In this document: one piece after another, positions 50,893 through 61,699 of the stretch
Numbering within the stretch: the first letter of the stretch is position 1
Layout: the number at the start of each line of letters is the position of its first letter
Assembly: GCA_024998755.1 (NCBI GenBank)
Contig: JACEUU010000003.1
Location: 1,291,331 to 1,355,330 of the forward strand
Length of the DNA: 64,000 bases
From: Vampirovibrio sp.
GTDB taxonomy: Bacteria; Cyanobacteriota; Vampirovibrionia; Vampirovibrionales; JAJTHC01
Reading direction: 5' to 3'
Notes under the pieces: model-generated
Told to the model about the DNA's origin: nothing
Seen by the model: only the letters and a program-made list of their open reading frames with translations
The model's database searches: none
Translations under genes and position numbers: made by a program

Positions 50893-51990
50893 ATGCAAGC
50901 CCAACTAACGCAGTTGGAAGCCGACTACGGCATCGAGTGGCAAGACTATCGATTGGGTGATTTGTTTGAAGTAGGTAGAGGTAATATTTTCAATCAAAAA
51001 AAACTAATCCCTGACTCGAAAGGTATTGCTTTTATTGCTCAAAATGATTGTAATAATGGATTTGTTGGTAAAGTTCAAAAACAATTACATAGGATATTTA
51101 AAGGTAATTCTCTAATTATCGGAAGGCAAACAGGTGTTGTCTACTATCAAGAAAATGAGTTTATAACGACAGATGGCGTATTGGTATTAAGTGCAATCCA
51201 TAACTTTATAAAGAATAATTGCATTGGTTTGTTCGTTGGGAGCATTTTAAGTAAAAAATTAGGTGGTTCCTTTGGATACACCAATACGGTATCCGCCACA
51301 AAATTAAACAAAATCACTATCCAGCTACCCACGATACGCCAAAACGGAAAAACCCAAATAGCGTTTGACTTCATGGAGGCGTTTATAGCAACGCTCAAGG
51401 CGTACCTTACCGTAACAGGCTTAACGGATACCACCCTCACCTCAGCCGAACAAACCGCCCTCGACAGTCTCGACGCTCTCGCTTGGGGGACGTTCAAAAT
51501 CGAAGCGTTGTTTGGAAAGTCTTCTCGCGGTCGTCGTTTAAAATCAGCAGATCGTATAGAGGGTAACCTACCTTTTGTAACAGCAGGAGAAGCAAATGCA
51601 GGAATTTCTGCTTGGATTGGTAATGATGTACATATTTTTTCTAAAAATACCGTTACGATTGACATGTTCGGTTCTGCTAAGTATCGAGGCTATAACTACG
51701 GAGCTGATGACCATGTGGCGGTTGTACATAGTGAAAAATGGCTTCCGCATGCTGTTTTGTTTTTAACTGCGTGTATCCATAAGTCATCTCATGCAGGGCA
51801 ATTCGATTACTCGAGAAATTTTTATGCGAGTGATGCAGATGACTTGACTATCCAGCTCCCCATCACAGCGGAGGGGATACCCGACTATGACACGATGAGC
51901 CTTGTGGTTTCCGCCTTGCAAAAGGTGGTCATTCGGGGCGTGGTCTCGTATTTGGATGCTCGTATTGAAACAACAGCCGAACTGGTGTAA
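50893..51990 (+). CDS. hsdS: Type I restriction-modification specificity subunit
   Basis: Two target-recognition halves (WQDYRLGDLFEVGRG; WGTFKIEALFGKSSRG) separated by conserved linkers ITIQLPTIRQ and LTIQLPITAEGIPDYDT. Confidence 0.6.
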   Translation: MQAQLTQLEADYGIEWQDYRLGDLFEVGRGNIFNQKKLIPDSKGIAFIAQNDCNNGFVGKVQKQLHRIFKGNSLIIGRQTGVVYYQENEFITTDGVLVLSAIHNFIKNNCIGLFVGSILSKKLGGSFGYTNTVSATKLNKITIQLPTIRQNGKTQIAFDFMEAFIATLKAYLTVTGLTDTTLTSAEQTALDSLDALAWGTFKIEALFGKSSRGRRLKSADRIEGNLPFVTAGEANAGISAWIGNDVHIFSKNTVTIDMFGSAKYRGYNYGADDHVAVVHSEKWLPHAVLFLTACIHKSSHAGQFDYSRNFYASDADDLTIQLPITAEGIPDYDTMSLVVSALQKVVIRGVVSYLDARIETTAELV

Positions 51991-51999
51991 ACACCTTAA

Positions 52000-52842
52000 A
52001 GCATATGGAAAAGGGCATCATTCAAACTCATAAAACGACTCGCTAAGGTCTATGAGGGTCAGCATGAGCCCATTATTTCAGAGGCAGTCTTTGAACAAGT
52101 GCAAAATCAGCTCAAGCAACGCTTTAAAGACAACGAGGCTCGTAAGGTGTATACCCTTCAAACCAACTTATTAAAGGGTGTTTTTTATACCGAAGCAGGG
52201 GAACGCTTTAAGTATTCCAATGCCAAAAAACACCAGAAACGCTTCAATTATTACGCTGTCAAAGGATGCTACTTACCCGCCGAACAAATCGATGAGCCAG
52301 TGCTTCAAGCACTGGCTTTTTTAAACCTCACTCAAGACACATTGAAATCATCTATTGCCAAAGTGATTTATACCAAACAAAAAGATTTCGGCCAACTGGA
52401 AATCCATCTTACCCTAGATGAGACACTCGGCAGGTTAAAATTGCCCCCTCAAGCAGTTTTAAGCATGGATCAAAAAACCCTCATCTTAAGCACCAGCATC
52501 CTCATTAACAATCAAGCACAAACCACTTTAAGAGGGCATCGAAACAAACGGATTCTATCGATTCACGAGATGAATGAACAGTTGATTCAAGGACTTTCCT
52601 TAGCGTGGCATTACAAAACCCAATGGAAGCAGGGAGTCAGCGTTCAAGACATAACCCTCGCCGAAGCATCAGGGAAAAGAAAAATACAAAAGTATCTAGC
52701 CTTAACGCTTCTGTCCCCTCCGATTATTGAATCAATACTCGACTACCAAAACCCCCAGCAACTCACGCTGACCCAGCTAATCGATCTCGCTGAAAGCACC
52801 TCGGATTTTGAACAACAAGCACTGGCTTGGTTTGGGGCATAA
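52000..52842 (+). pseudogene. Degenerate C-terminal fragment of a large serine recombinase
   Basis: Frame opens 10 bp after the hsdS stop: SIWKRASFKLIKRLAKVYEGQHEPIISEAVFEQVQNQLK resembles the recombinase domain, but the zinc-ribbon cysteines are lost and there is no catalytic N-terminal domain. Confidence 0.5.
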
Positions 52843-53157
52843 ACACACTGGCTTATCTTTATCCTAAATACCAATTCTAAGATTGAATAGCGTCATGTTG
52901 AGCGACTGCGAAACATCTCCTGTGTCTGTCTAAGGGGATTTTTCTCGTTCGTTCAGAATGACAAAACACCACATTTCATAATGAACTTGGTATTAAAGGA
53001 TGACCCTGCCGCCATAGTCGTGCCTTTTGAAATAAGGGCATGGTATAGAAACACCAAAAAAAGGAACGACTTGAGGTTCTGAAAAGGCTTACCTGAATAA
53101 AACGTCAATACGGGTTCGCCCTAAACCCCCAAGCAGGGGGCATTCTTAACATTAAAA

Positions 53158-53195
53158 CCCGAAAACCATCTGTATGACTGGCTTTCGGGTTTTAA
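53158..53195 (-). terminator. Hairpin terminator immediately 3' of tRNA-Ala
   Basis: AAAACCCGAAAGCC...GGCTTTCGGGTTTT, bidirectional hairpin with U-tracts. Confidence 0.6.
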
Positions 53196-53271
53196 TGGTG
53201 GAGGATAGGAGACTCGAACTCCTAACCCCCTGCTTGCAAAGCAGGTGCGCTACCAATTGCGCCAATCCCCC
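53196..53271 (-). tRNA. tRNA-Ala (UGC) with encoded CCA
   Basis: Reverse complement GGGGGAT...: G3:U70 wobble in the acceptor stem (an Ala identity element), anticodon loop TTTGCAA, T-loop TTCGAGT, 3' ACCA. Confidence 0.8.
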
Positions 53272-53422
53272 AAGGAAGAAGTATTATCTCTTCTCTTTAT
53301 ACTATTATAATATCTCAAACAAATTTAAAATCAAGCCATTTTTTTAAAAATATTCGATGTAAAAAAGGCCCTAGGCGGGAGTGAATCCTAACCTAAAGCC
53401 TTTTTTAAAAACAGTAAAAAAC

Positions 53423-53782
53423 CTAAGCAGAAGCTAATGCTAGTTTTACTTGGTCTGCAATTTGTACAAACGTTTCTGGGCTATTAACAGCAATATCTGC
53501 TAAAAATTTACGGTTAACGTTAATACCAGATTTCGCCAACCCATTAATAAACCGGCTATAGCTCAAGCCTTGCAATCTTGCAGCAGCGTTAATACGTACA
53601 ATCCACAACCGACGAATATCACGCTTTTTATTACGTCTATCTCTGTAAGAATGACGCATAGCCTTCATAACGGCCTGATTAGCTACTTTAAACAACTTGC
53701 TTCTAGAACCACGGAAACCTTTAGCAAGTTTTAAAACCTTTTTGTGCCGATTCCGAGACACATTACCACGTTTAACGCGCAT
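53423..53782 (-). CDS. rplT: 50S ribosomal protein L20
   Basis: [25 protein letters not shown]... is the canonical L20 sequence. Confidence 0.95.
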   Translation of the reverse strand: MRVKRGNVSRNRHKKVLKLAKGFRGSRSKLFKVANQAVMKAMRHSYRDRRNKKRDIRRLWIVRINAAARLQGLSYSRFINGLAKSGINVNRKFLADIAVNSPETFVQIADQVKLALASA

Positions 53783-54025
53783 AGTGAGTGTTTTTCCTTA
53801 ATTTAACGATTGTATAGGCACAAGAAGCATTACTTTCTTGATTTGCTTTGTTTTCATTCAAAGAGCCTGCTACCTCGTGTAACACGTAGATAATAATCAT
53901 CAACTGAACTACTTAAAAGTAAGACCCTTGATTAGTTAGTTATAGTTTCATCTTCTAACAAACAAATACGGAAGACAAGCCCAATGCAAAAACGCATTGA
54001 TAACCAAGGCACTACAGTAAACCGC

Positions 54026-54238
54026 TTACTTGCGTTTATGGTTCATGTAAGGCAACTCTTTTTTAATTTTAGCCATACACGTTTCATGAACAGAAGCTGG
54101 TCCATCTAACCGACGTTTCTGTTTTGAATTCATTTTTGAGTTCAAGTGATTACGCCCAGCTTGGTTACGGACAATTTTACCCGTAGCCGTTACTTTATAA
54201 CGTTTAGCACCCGCTTTGTGGGTTTTCATTTTTGGCAT
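54026..54238 (-). CDS. rpmI: 50S ribosomal protein L35
   Basis: [22 protein letters not shown]... is the canonical L35 sequence. Confidence 0.9.
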   Translation of the reverse strand: MPKMKTHKAGAKRYKVTATGKIVRNQAGRNHLNSKMNSKQKRRLDGPASVHETCMAKIKKELPYMNHKRK

Positions 54239-54297
54239 TATACATCAAGTTCCATTCTATGGGGTCTTAATACTGCGGATAATAACGCTCTAATGGG

Positions 54298-54385
54298 CAT
54301 CTTCTTTGTCATTTACGGTACTCCTTCAGTTATGTAGTGTTACCTACACGCCCTCAGTCCGTTCCGCATTCCTCGAATCTGCTCC
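54298..54385 (+). repeat. Family C-related dispersed element in the infC-rpmI intergenic region
   Basis: CATCTTCTTTGTCATTTACGGTACTC...CCGTTCCGCATTCCTCGAATCTGC shares both ends with 59218-59305. Confidence 0.5.
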
Positions 54386-54410
54386 AACCGTTCATCATTA
54401 CCCACAGCAT

Positions 54411-55073
54411 TTAGTCGGCTGAAATAACTGGTTTTTCGGTAGAAACCTTCGGGGCTTTTGAAGCAGATGAAACAACCGTTTCTTCAGTGGCGGGTTCTTC
54501 TACTTTAGCAGCCGGTGGGGTTTTAACCACTGTTGCAGTTGGTTTCGATTGAGGAGCCGATTTGGCAACTGGTTTTTTAACAGAAGCAGGCTTCGGGTTA
54601 AACGTGGCAGAAATGGTGCGTCCTTCTGAACGAACACGCCCTTCTATCACGCCAACTTCTTCTAAGTCTAATACAAACTGGTCCGCTAAATCAAATGCTA
54701 AATTTGCGTGTTGTATTTCTCTTCCTTTTAAGCGAATGGTTAATTTGACTTTATCGCTATCTTCAAGGAATTTTTTGGCACGGTTCACCTTGGTTTCATA
54801 GTCGTGATCGTCAATTCTAACGCCCATTTTAATTTCTTTTACGGTTGTAACGTGTTGCTTTTTCTTTGCTTCACGTTGTTTTTTTTCTTGTTCGTATTTA
54901 AATTTACCAAAATCAACCAGCCTTACAACAATAGGGGAAGAATCCATGCTAACAATCAGCAAATCGTTACCAGTTTCTTTGGCTCGGCGTTCAGCTTCTT
55001 CACGAGGTACTACATCGTTAAAATCACCGTCAATAAGGCGTACTTCTGTTGCCCGAATTCTCGGATTCAACAT
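54411..55073 (-). CDS. infC: Translation initiation factor IF-3 with Lys/Pro/Ala-rich C-terminal extension
   Basis: Conserved IF-3 N- and C-domains (IRATEVRLIDGDF..., FKYEQEKKQREAKKKQ). Standard infC-rpmI-rplT order. Confidence 0.85.
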   Translation of the reverse strand: MLNPRIRATEVRLIDGDFNDVVPREEAERRAKETGNDLLIVSMDSSPIVVRLVDFGKFKYEQEKKQREAKKKQHVTTVKEIKMGVRIDDHDYETKVNRAKKFLEDSDKVKLTIRLKGREIQHANLAFDLADQFVLDLEEVGVIEGRVRSEGRTISATFNPKPASVKKPVAKSAPQSKPTATVVKTPPAAKVEEPATEETVVSSASKAPKVSTEKPVISAD

Positions 55074-55433
55074 TTGTGGGCCTTTATCTTTTTTGGCATC
55101 AGGATTGTAGGGGGTTCTTTCTCCTGTACCGGTAGGTCTGTTTTGAGAATACGGAGGTTGTTGAGAGGAAGCGGCACCGCCAGTTGTGGCAGATGGTGTA
55201 AACGGTCTAGAAATGAGAAAACCCTCCTTGGGTTACAATTTAACAATACATTCATAATATCGTTTGGTGTAGAAAACACGTTGAGTTTTAGCAACACCTG
55301 ATTTTCCTTTTATTCTACACCGAATAAGCAAACAAAGCTAGCTACTAATGATGAAATATCACTTTTAAATGACAATTTGATGACCTATACCCGTTAAACG
55401 ATTAAATAGCGTAAAAAATTGACCAACCAGCAG

Positions 55434-55530
55434 GAACGACCATCGCGTTTGCTCTGCAGCCGTCGATGCGTTCAGTCCACCGGAGGGGCAAAAAGAGCAT
55501 CCCCTCGTCAGTGCCCGTAGTGGCATAGAG
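55434..55530 (+). repeat. Family F dispersed element (direct copy) followed by G-run hairpins
   Basis: Matches the reverse complement of 36300-36395. Downstream are GGGGGGATCTTAGGGGGATACCCCC hairpins like those in family E. Confidence 0.6.
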
Positions 55531-55639
55531 GGGTGTCTTTTTGGGGGGATCTTAGGGGGATACCCCCTGACAAACCAACCAGCTAAAGCTAGGAACCACA
55601 ATCTATGAGAGAATACACTATTCAATCTTTAAATTGGTA

Positions 55640-57007
55640 TTAAACACCATCCAGTTGGTTGGCGATGGCACAAGCAACGGTATTAGCGGAAGCCCAACAA
55701 TGGTGAAAATTAAAGCCACCAGTCAACCCATCCACATTCAGTAATTCGCCTACCACATAACACCCCGCAGTGGTTTTCGCCTCTAACGAATTAGGATTCA
55801 CACTAGGCAAAGCTACACCACCCGCCGTAACAAATTCTTCTTTAAAAACACCCTTACCCACAATAGGCAACGCTAATCGCTTCAATACTTCGCACAATTG
55901 GGTAATGGCTTTCTTTTCACCCACTTCTTGCCACGGCGTATAACCATCTATGCCGGCTTTATCAATTAAATAAAACCACCATCGTTTAGGTAAGGCTTCA
56001 AAAGGGCACGCATTGGCTATCCATTTTTTGGCAGAAGTAACCCGCTCATCCCGCAACGCTGTTAAAATCGACTCATCGGGCAAATCAGGCAAACAATCTA
56101 GCAGTAAGGTTGCTTGATACTTGCTGGCTTCCAACGCAAATGCTCCCCAAGCGGAAAGTTTTAGCACCACAGGACCACTAACGCCCCAATGGGTTACTAA
56201 AAACGCCCCTTCTTGAGTAATGCCACCTTTAGGAATAGCCTTTTGCACCGCTTTCGGAAACGATTCTTGCATCGCTTTAGGAAATTGTAACTTCGCTTTA
56301 ACCCAAGGCAAACTAACGCCTGCTAGTTCCGTCAAATCAACATCATCAATTTTAAACGTAAACAACGAAGGCACTTTTGGCGTCAACGTTAACCCCAGCT
56401 GTTCTGCCAACCGATACCCATTTTCGCTGCCGCCTGTAGCTAGCACAATGGTTTTAGCCTCTATCAACACATTAGAAGACAAGCGTAAAATAAAGTTTGC
56501 TTCAGCGTGTTGAAATTGGGGCAAATGAGGCTCAACTTCAATGGTAGACCGCTTCACCACATCCGTTACCCTAGCCCCCGTACGAATAGGAATCCCCCAA
56601 GCTTCACAGGCAGATTCAAAAACATGAACAATCGAACCAGAATCATCACTAGCGGGGAACGCTCGACCATCTTTTTCCACTTTGGTTGGCACGCCGTGCT
56701 TTTCCAACCAACCCAGCATTTGTGCAGGAGACCATTCAATAAAATGCCCCAACAATTGCGGATATTGCCTTGGGTAAAAGCCCATTAACGCTTTGGGGAT
56801 GGCACTATCTTCAGTTGTCTCAGGTAAAATGTGGGTTACGTTACACCGCCCCCCACCAGAAATCTTCACTTTACCCAAAGTAGATTGTTGGGCTTCCAAA
56901 ATGCAAACGCTTAAATGCGGTGCTTCTTCTTTTAGACGAATAGCCGTAAAAAAACCTGAAGCCCCTCCGCCAATAACCACGCAGTCATAATAAGGTGAAG
57001 TAGCCAT
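55640..57007 (-). CDS. HI0933/BaiN-family NAD(P)/FAD-dependent oxidoreductase
   Basis: DCVVIGGGASGFFTA Rossmann start, ISGGGRCNVTH motif, and GVSGPVVLKLSAWGA. Confidence 0.8.
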   Translation of the reverse strand: MATSPYYDCVVIGGGASGFFTAIRLKEEAPHLSVCILEAQQSTLGKVKISGGGRCNVTHILPETTEDSAIPKALMGFYPRQYPQLLGHFIEWSPAQMLGWLEKHGVPTKVEKDGRAFPASDDSGSIVHVFESACEAWGIPIRTGARVTDVVKRSTIEVEPHLPQFQHAEANFILRLSSNVLIEAKTIVLATGGSENGYRLAEQLGLTLTPKVPSLFTFKIDDVDLTELAGVSLPWVKAKLQFPKAMQESFPKAVQKAIPKGGITQEGAFLVTHWGVSGPVVLKLSAWGAFALEASKYQATLLLDCLPDLPDESILTALRDERVTSAKKWIANACPFEALPKRWWFYLIDKAGIDGYTPWQEVGEKKAITQLCEVLKRLALPIVGKGVFKEEFVTAGGVALPSVNPNSLEAKTTAGCYVVGELLNVDGLTGGFNFHHCWASANTVACAIANQLDGV

Positions 57008-57051
57008 AGAGAGTTTGTTCCAGTCAAAATAAAAGAGATGTAGAAAGACAA

Positions 57052-57744
57052 TTAACTGATGCTAGACAAAAATTCGCCTAACAACTGCGGGGCGTTTCGC
57101 AAAACAGGTTCGCCATCGCCCACAAAAATAGCCGAAACAATAGGAGTAAAGTGCGAAAACGACTTGATTAAACTGGCTTTAGCCAACGATACATCGGCAT
57201 ATTTTTCAGGGACTAACAAAGAAAGTTGGTTTAGCGTTGGGGCAATAAAGGCATCGCCTACAAATAAGGTTGCATCTGTTTTGCACCACAAAGCTATTTC
57301 GCCAGCTGTCTTTTGATGAGGTACACCAACAACCTGAAAATAGTCAAACAACACATCGCCCGTTTTAAACGTTTTTTCAGCAGACCGCTTTAATAACGGG
57401 GCATCTGCTTCATGCACCCAAACAGGCACAGTAAGAGCCTCTGCTATTTCAGCACTGGCACGTTCATGGTCTGCATTGGTGAGGATAATCCCTTGAACGG
57501 CTCCAAACACCTCAAACGCTACTTGTAAGTATTCATCGCACACAGGGGGGTCAATTAACACCGTCCCCTGTGGCGTTCTAACCAAGTAGCCATTGAAATA
57601 AAGTTGGCGAGCCTCTTGCCAATCGCTCCAAGTATAAACGGTAGAATGAATGTGTTGAAGTAGTGCGAGCGATTCTCTATCGACCGCACTAGGAAACCCA
57701 TCTTCATCGACTGTTATTTCAGGTGATTGGCTCATCATCATCAT
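57052..57744 (-). CDS. Hypothetical protein, possible MBL-fold hydrolase
   Basis: LIDPPV...GIILTNADHERA is loosely like a metallo-beta-lactamase-fold motif. Weak assignment. Confidence 0.4.
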   Translation of the reverse strand: MMMMSQSPEITVDEDGFPSAVDRESLALLQHIHSTVYTWSDWQEARQLYFNGYLVRTPQGTVLIDPPVCDEYLQVAFEVFGAVQGIILTNADHERASAEIAEALTVPVWVHEADAPLLKRSAEKTFKTGDVLFDYFQVVGVPHQKTAGEIALWCKTDATLFVGDAFIAPTLNQLSLLVPEKYADVSLAKASLIKSFSHFTPIVSAIFVGDGEPVLRNAPQLLGEFLSSIS

Positions 57745-57749
57745 TGCCG

Positions 57750-58781
57750 TTATAGCACCACTTTTGAAACGGTGTTGGTTTCTTGTTCGCTAACAAATAA
57801 GGTATGAGAAGCTACATCAAAATAAAGCATATAAGGTTTACCAAAACCCGTGGCTAACAGGGTCATTTTACCATCTGGGGTAATACGCACCAAGTTATTT
57901 TTTAAGTAATTGGCAACATACAAATGACCATTTCTGGGGTCTTTGGCTAAGCCAATAGGGCCTGCTAATAAGCCACCTTGAGCCAACACTTGCTGTTTAC
58001 CATTAGGCAGAACCTTAACAATACTGTTTTTAGAATAGTTTGCCACATACAATTCACCAGCTGCACCTGTGGCAATACCTGTAGGTCCACCCAAACCACC
58101 TGAAACTACTAATTGCCGTTTACCAATACCCCCAAACCATGTTGAAGGTTTCGTAACATTCGGCGAAGCAGGAGTAGGACGCAACCCTGTATTACTATTA
58201 GAAACAGCGGTATTGTTGCCCGCCTGTAACAACCGAGCTAATTGAGCCATTTTTTGTTGAGCTTGTCCATAAACCGCACTACCCGTAGGTACTTGTTGGT
58301 AAGCATCATAAGCTTCTTTCGTTTTACCTAAATTTTCCAAGCTCCATGCTAGGTTATAACGAGATTCAGGGTCTTTAGGATTCCGCCAAACCGCTTTTTG
58401 AAACGCAAACCGAGCAGGTTCATACTTTTTAATACGGAAATTAACAGACCCCAAGTTATACCAAGCATCGCCATAAGCAGGGTCGATGCTAACGGCTTGC
58501 CCAAAAGCCTGAACAGCAGCTTCATACTGCCCTTTTTCAAATGCCCGCATACCCATATTAAAAGCTTCAATCGCCTGAGGACTTTCAGCCTGCACTTGCT
58601 GGGAAACCAACGATAACGATAGCGGATTCATTCCCAACCCAGCGAAACCGACACCAGTGTAAACAAGGGCAACCATCAACAAGGCAAAACGCCGAACAAT
58701 CAAACTCATAATATAGACGAGGCTCCTTAGTACAAAAACAATGATAGACAAGTAAAACAGAAAAAACAATACAAAATTCAA
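57750..58781 (-). CDS. Secreted or membrane-anchored TPR-repeat plus NHL/beta-propeller repeat protein
   Basis: N-terminal signal-anchor, TPR-like AxxAxxxGxYxxA repeats, and C-terminal repeated LYVANY..N.(V/I) blades. Confidence 0.55.
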   Translation of the reverse strand: MNFVLFFLFYLSIIVFVLRSLVYIMSLIVRRFALLMVALVYTGVGFAGLGMNPLSLSLVSQQVQAESPQAIEAFNMGMRAFEKGQYEAAVQAFGQAVSIDPAYGDAWYNLGSVNFRIKKYEPARFAFQKAVWRNPKDPESRYNLAWSLENLGKTKEAYDAYQQVPTGSAVYGQAQQKMAQLARLLQAGNNTAVSNSNTGLRPTPASPNVTKPSTWFGGIGKRQLVVSGGLGGPTGIATGAAGELYVANYSKNSIVKVLPNGKQQVLAQGGLLAGPIGLAKDPRNGHLYVANYLKNNLVRITPDGKMTLLATGFGKPYMLYFDVASHTLFVSEQETNTVSKVVL

Positions 58782-58828
58782 TTACTACCACTGATGGCAA
58801 TACTAAACCAAAACCAATAAAAAAACAA

Positions 58829-59095
58829 TTAAAAGTAATAGCCCAATACAAAAGAAGTGGCTAAAAACAACCCTGCCATCCAATAGGTGAAGTTATTTAA
58901 CGTAGCTTCTGCACCGCGTTGGCTTGAAAACAAATTGCCAGCTGCCCCGCCAATACTAACACCATCGCTTTTTGGGGAATGAAGCAAAATCAACAAAATC
59001 AATAAAATTGAGGTTACCACTTGCACACCCAATAACAAAAACCGAACGGTTGTAAACCAAGTAGGTACATCACCTTGTAACGCATTTAACGGCAT
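58829..59095 (-). CDS. secG: Preprotein translocase subunit SecG
   Basis: TSILLILLILLHSPKSDGVSIGGAAGNLFSSQRG matches the SecG LLQxGKGxGxxxxFGG pattern. True start probably downstream of the annotated Met. Confidence 0.65.
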   Translation of the reverse strand: MPLNALQGDVPTWFTTVRFLLLGVQVVTSILLILLILLHSPKSDGVSIGGAAGNLFSSQRGAEATLNNFTYWMAGLFLATSFVLGYYF

Positions 59096-59217
59096 TATAA
59101 CCAGTTCCTTTCAAACAATTACAATAAAAATAACACCTAAATCCTATCATACCAAGACCCTTTATGTTAAGCTAGTACCAAAATAATCAGACTGGCTGTA
59201 TTGCTTAATATCTGGGG

Positions 59218-59305
59218 CATCTTCGTTGTCATTTGCGGTACTCAAATCCTCATGTACTTATTTGTACACTCCGGTTTTCCGTTCCTCATTCCTAGAATCT
59301 GCACC
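59218..59305 (+). repeat. Family C-related dispersed element upstream of nadE
   Basis: CATCTTCGTTGTCATTTGCGGTACTC...CCGTTCCTCATTCCTAGAATCTGC. Confidence 0.55.
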
Positions 59306-59373
59306 CACCTATTAAACAATACAACCAGTCTAATTCGTCGCTATCAACGCTTAAAATCAACGGTGTTTAAATA

Positions 59374-61632
59374 ATGATTGCTTCTAAAAAATCCACCAAA
59401 ACTATTCCGGATACCTCAGCCAGTATGACCGTTGAAACCTATCAACAGTGGGCTAATACAAAAGCCAATACCCAGTTAATAGACCAGCTTGAAGCCTTTT
59501 TTAAAACTGCTAATCCTACCGTTATTCAGTCGTTTTGTTCAGTGATAGATGACCTACTAACCCAAGAAGACCACCCCACGCTGGATTTCATTATTGCAGG
59601 GGTGCAAGCCCTTTCCCCCAAGCGTCCGTTGGCATTTCAGCAATTGGCGGGGATCTTTCAATTCAACCCCATTGTGGGTGCGGTTGCCCGTAATGCCAAG
59701 CTCATTAAAAAAGCCATTTTAATAGCTGATGCTGTTGGCTTAGACTTACTGGTATTACCGGAAATGGCATTAATGGGCTACCCATTGAAAGATTTAATTA
59801 TTCGGTTTCCGCATTTGGTAGACCAAGGCGTAGACGCCCTCCATGAATTAGCATTAGCCACCTATCACACCCGAGTTATTTTGGGCTTTGTAGAACCTCG
59901 TAAGCTTTCCTTAGCCGAAGATGAACCCTTAATTGGCAAGCCTTATTATATTAGTGTGGCAGTCTTGGGCAACAGGCAAATACAAGGCCTGGTGCGTAAA
60001 AGCTACCTGCCCACTTACCAAGATTATGACGATGCCCGAACCATCGAACCGGCTTCGCAACCGGGCATTTACCGCCCTGTTTGGGTAAAACAATGCTATC
60101 CTCATGCCAATGATACTCTAGAAAATGGCTTACTAACTGTTCATGGATTCAACGTGGGCATTACCATTTGCGAAGACTTGTGGAATCAAGCTAATTTTAA
60201 CACCACCCACTATACGCAACCTGCCGATTGCCCCATTTTAGCCTATCTATCGCAACCCGAATTAGATTGGCATATTAATGTGTCTGCCTCCGTTTCAAGG
60301 GCGGGAAAAGAAGCCCAAAAACAGACGATGTTAAAGACAATCGTTGAACAAACTCAGCGTCCGCTACTATACGTTAATGCGGTAGGCGGGCAAGATGAAT
60401 GCATTTTTGATGGGGCTAGCCGCCTATACAGTGAAGAGGGAGAACTACTGGGTAGAAGCAAAGCCTTTGCCCAACAACTAACCATTTTTCAACTAACAAA
60501 AGAAACAGATTCTGCTTGGAATCAAATAAATGCCCTGCCTGCGGGAATGGAAAAACCACTCTACCCTACTGCCGTTTCAGCAGATTGTTCATTTTCAAGT
60601 ATGGAAACCAATGATTTAGCACGTACTTATCAATCCCTTATTTTGGGTATTCAAGATTATTTTAAAAAAACAGGGTTTAATAAAGCGGTATTAGGCATTT
60701 CTGGTGGGTTAGATTCCGCCGTAACCGCCGTTTTATTGGCAGATGCGTTGGGTGCAGAAAACGTTTTTGGTTTTAGTTTTCCTTCCCAGTTAACACCAGA
60801 AGCAAATCAATCAGACGCTGAAATACTGGCAAAAAACCTAGGCATAGGCTTTGATACTTGTGCCATTGCTCCTATTACGCAACAATTTTTAACACCGCTA
60901 GAAACGACCATTGCCAAAACTGTTGACCCACTTTGGGGCAACGCAACAACATCTTCATTTGCCAAAGATAATGTACAAGCAATGAGCCGTGCCACAATGC
61001 TTAGGTTGGTCAGCAATAACTATAACGCCTTACCTGTTGCTACTTCTGATAAGAGCGAACTTTACATGGGTTATGCCACCATCAATGGCGATTTATCAGG
61101 GGCTTTAGCCCCTTTGGGCGATGTTTGCAAAACCAAACTTCGCTTGCTGGCTACTTGGCTGAACGACAACGGCAAAACCAAAAATGCGATGCCCAGAAGT
61201 ATTATTGAACGCCCTTCAGGGGCGGATTTAGCGGTAAACCCGCAAACAGGGGCTTTATTAACCGCTGAAGAAGCCTTAATGCCTTATGTGTTTTTAGATG
61301 AAATTATTTGGCGGATAGAAGTGCTACAGCAGCCCTTTGAAGACCAATTAATTGCAGTTTTTGAATACGAACAAACCCATCCACTGAACTATGAAGAAAA
61401 ACGAGCTTGGTTGGAAAAATTCTTCCAGCGGATGCAATTTGCCGTTTTCAAGTGGCAAATTTCCCCACCCATTTTGATTGTAGATGGTTACGGTTCATTG
61501 GCAAAGACGGCTTATCGGCATCCTATTTTGGCGACCCAATGCCAGTGGTGGAATAAAAAAGCGTCTGAATCAGCCCTTCGCCAAGCTTTTGAAGCCAATC
61601 GGGTCGTTGAAGAACCTCCAGTCGATTGCTAG
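59374..61632 (+). CDS. nadE: Glutamine-dependent NAD+ synthetase (nitrilase-like domain plus NAD synthetase domain)
   Basis: N-terminal CN-hydrolase region and C-terminal PP-loop LGISGGLDSAV. 752 aa, longer than typical. Confidence 0.85.
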   Translation: MIASKKSTKTIPDTSASMTVETYQQWANTKANTQLIDQLEAFFKTANPTVIQSFCSVIDDLLTQEDHPTLDFIIAGVQALSPKRPLAFQQLAGIFQFNPIVGAVARNAKLIKKAILIADAVGLDLLVLPEMALMGYPLKDLIIRFPHLVDQGVDALHELALATYHTRVILGFVEPRKLSLAEDEPLIGKPYYISVAVLGNRQIQGLVRKSYLPTYQDYDDARTIEPASQPGIYRPVWVKQCYPHANDTLENGLLTVHGFNVGITICEDLWNQANFNTTHYTQPADCPILAYLSQPELDWHINVSASVSRAGKEAQKQTMLKTIVEQTQRPLLYVNAVGGQDECIFDGASRLYSEEGELLGRSKAFAQQLTIFQLTKETDSAWNQINALPAGMEKPLYPTAVSADCSFSSMETNDLARTYQSLILGIQDYFKKTGFNKAVLGISGGLDSAVTAVLLADALGAENVFGFSFPSQLTPEANQSDAEILAKNLGIGFDTCAIAPITQQFLTPLETTIAKTVDPLWGNATTSSFAKDNVQAMSRATMLRLVSNNYNALPVATSDKSELYMGYATINGDLSGALAPLGDVCKTKLRLLATWLNDNGKTKNAMPRSIIERPSGADLAVNPQTGALLTAEEALMPYVFLDEIIWRIEVLQQPFEDQLIAVFEYEQTHPLNYEEKRAWLEKFFQRMQFAVFKWQISPPILIVDGYGSLAKTAYRHPILATQCQWWNKKASESALRQAFEANRVVEEPPVDC

Positions 61633-61699
61633 ACCAAAATCATCGTTCCATCTTATAATAAAACAATAATTTAAACAAAAGATTGGATTTTTTCATACG

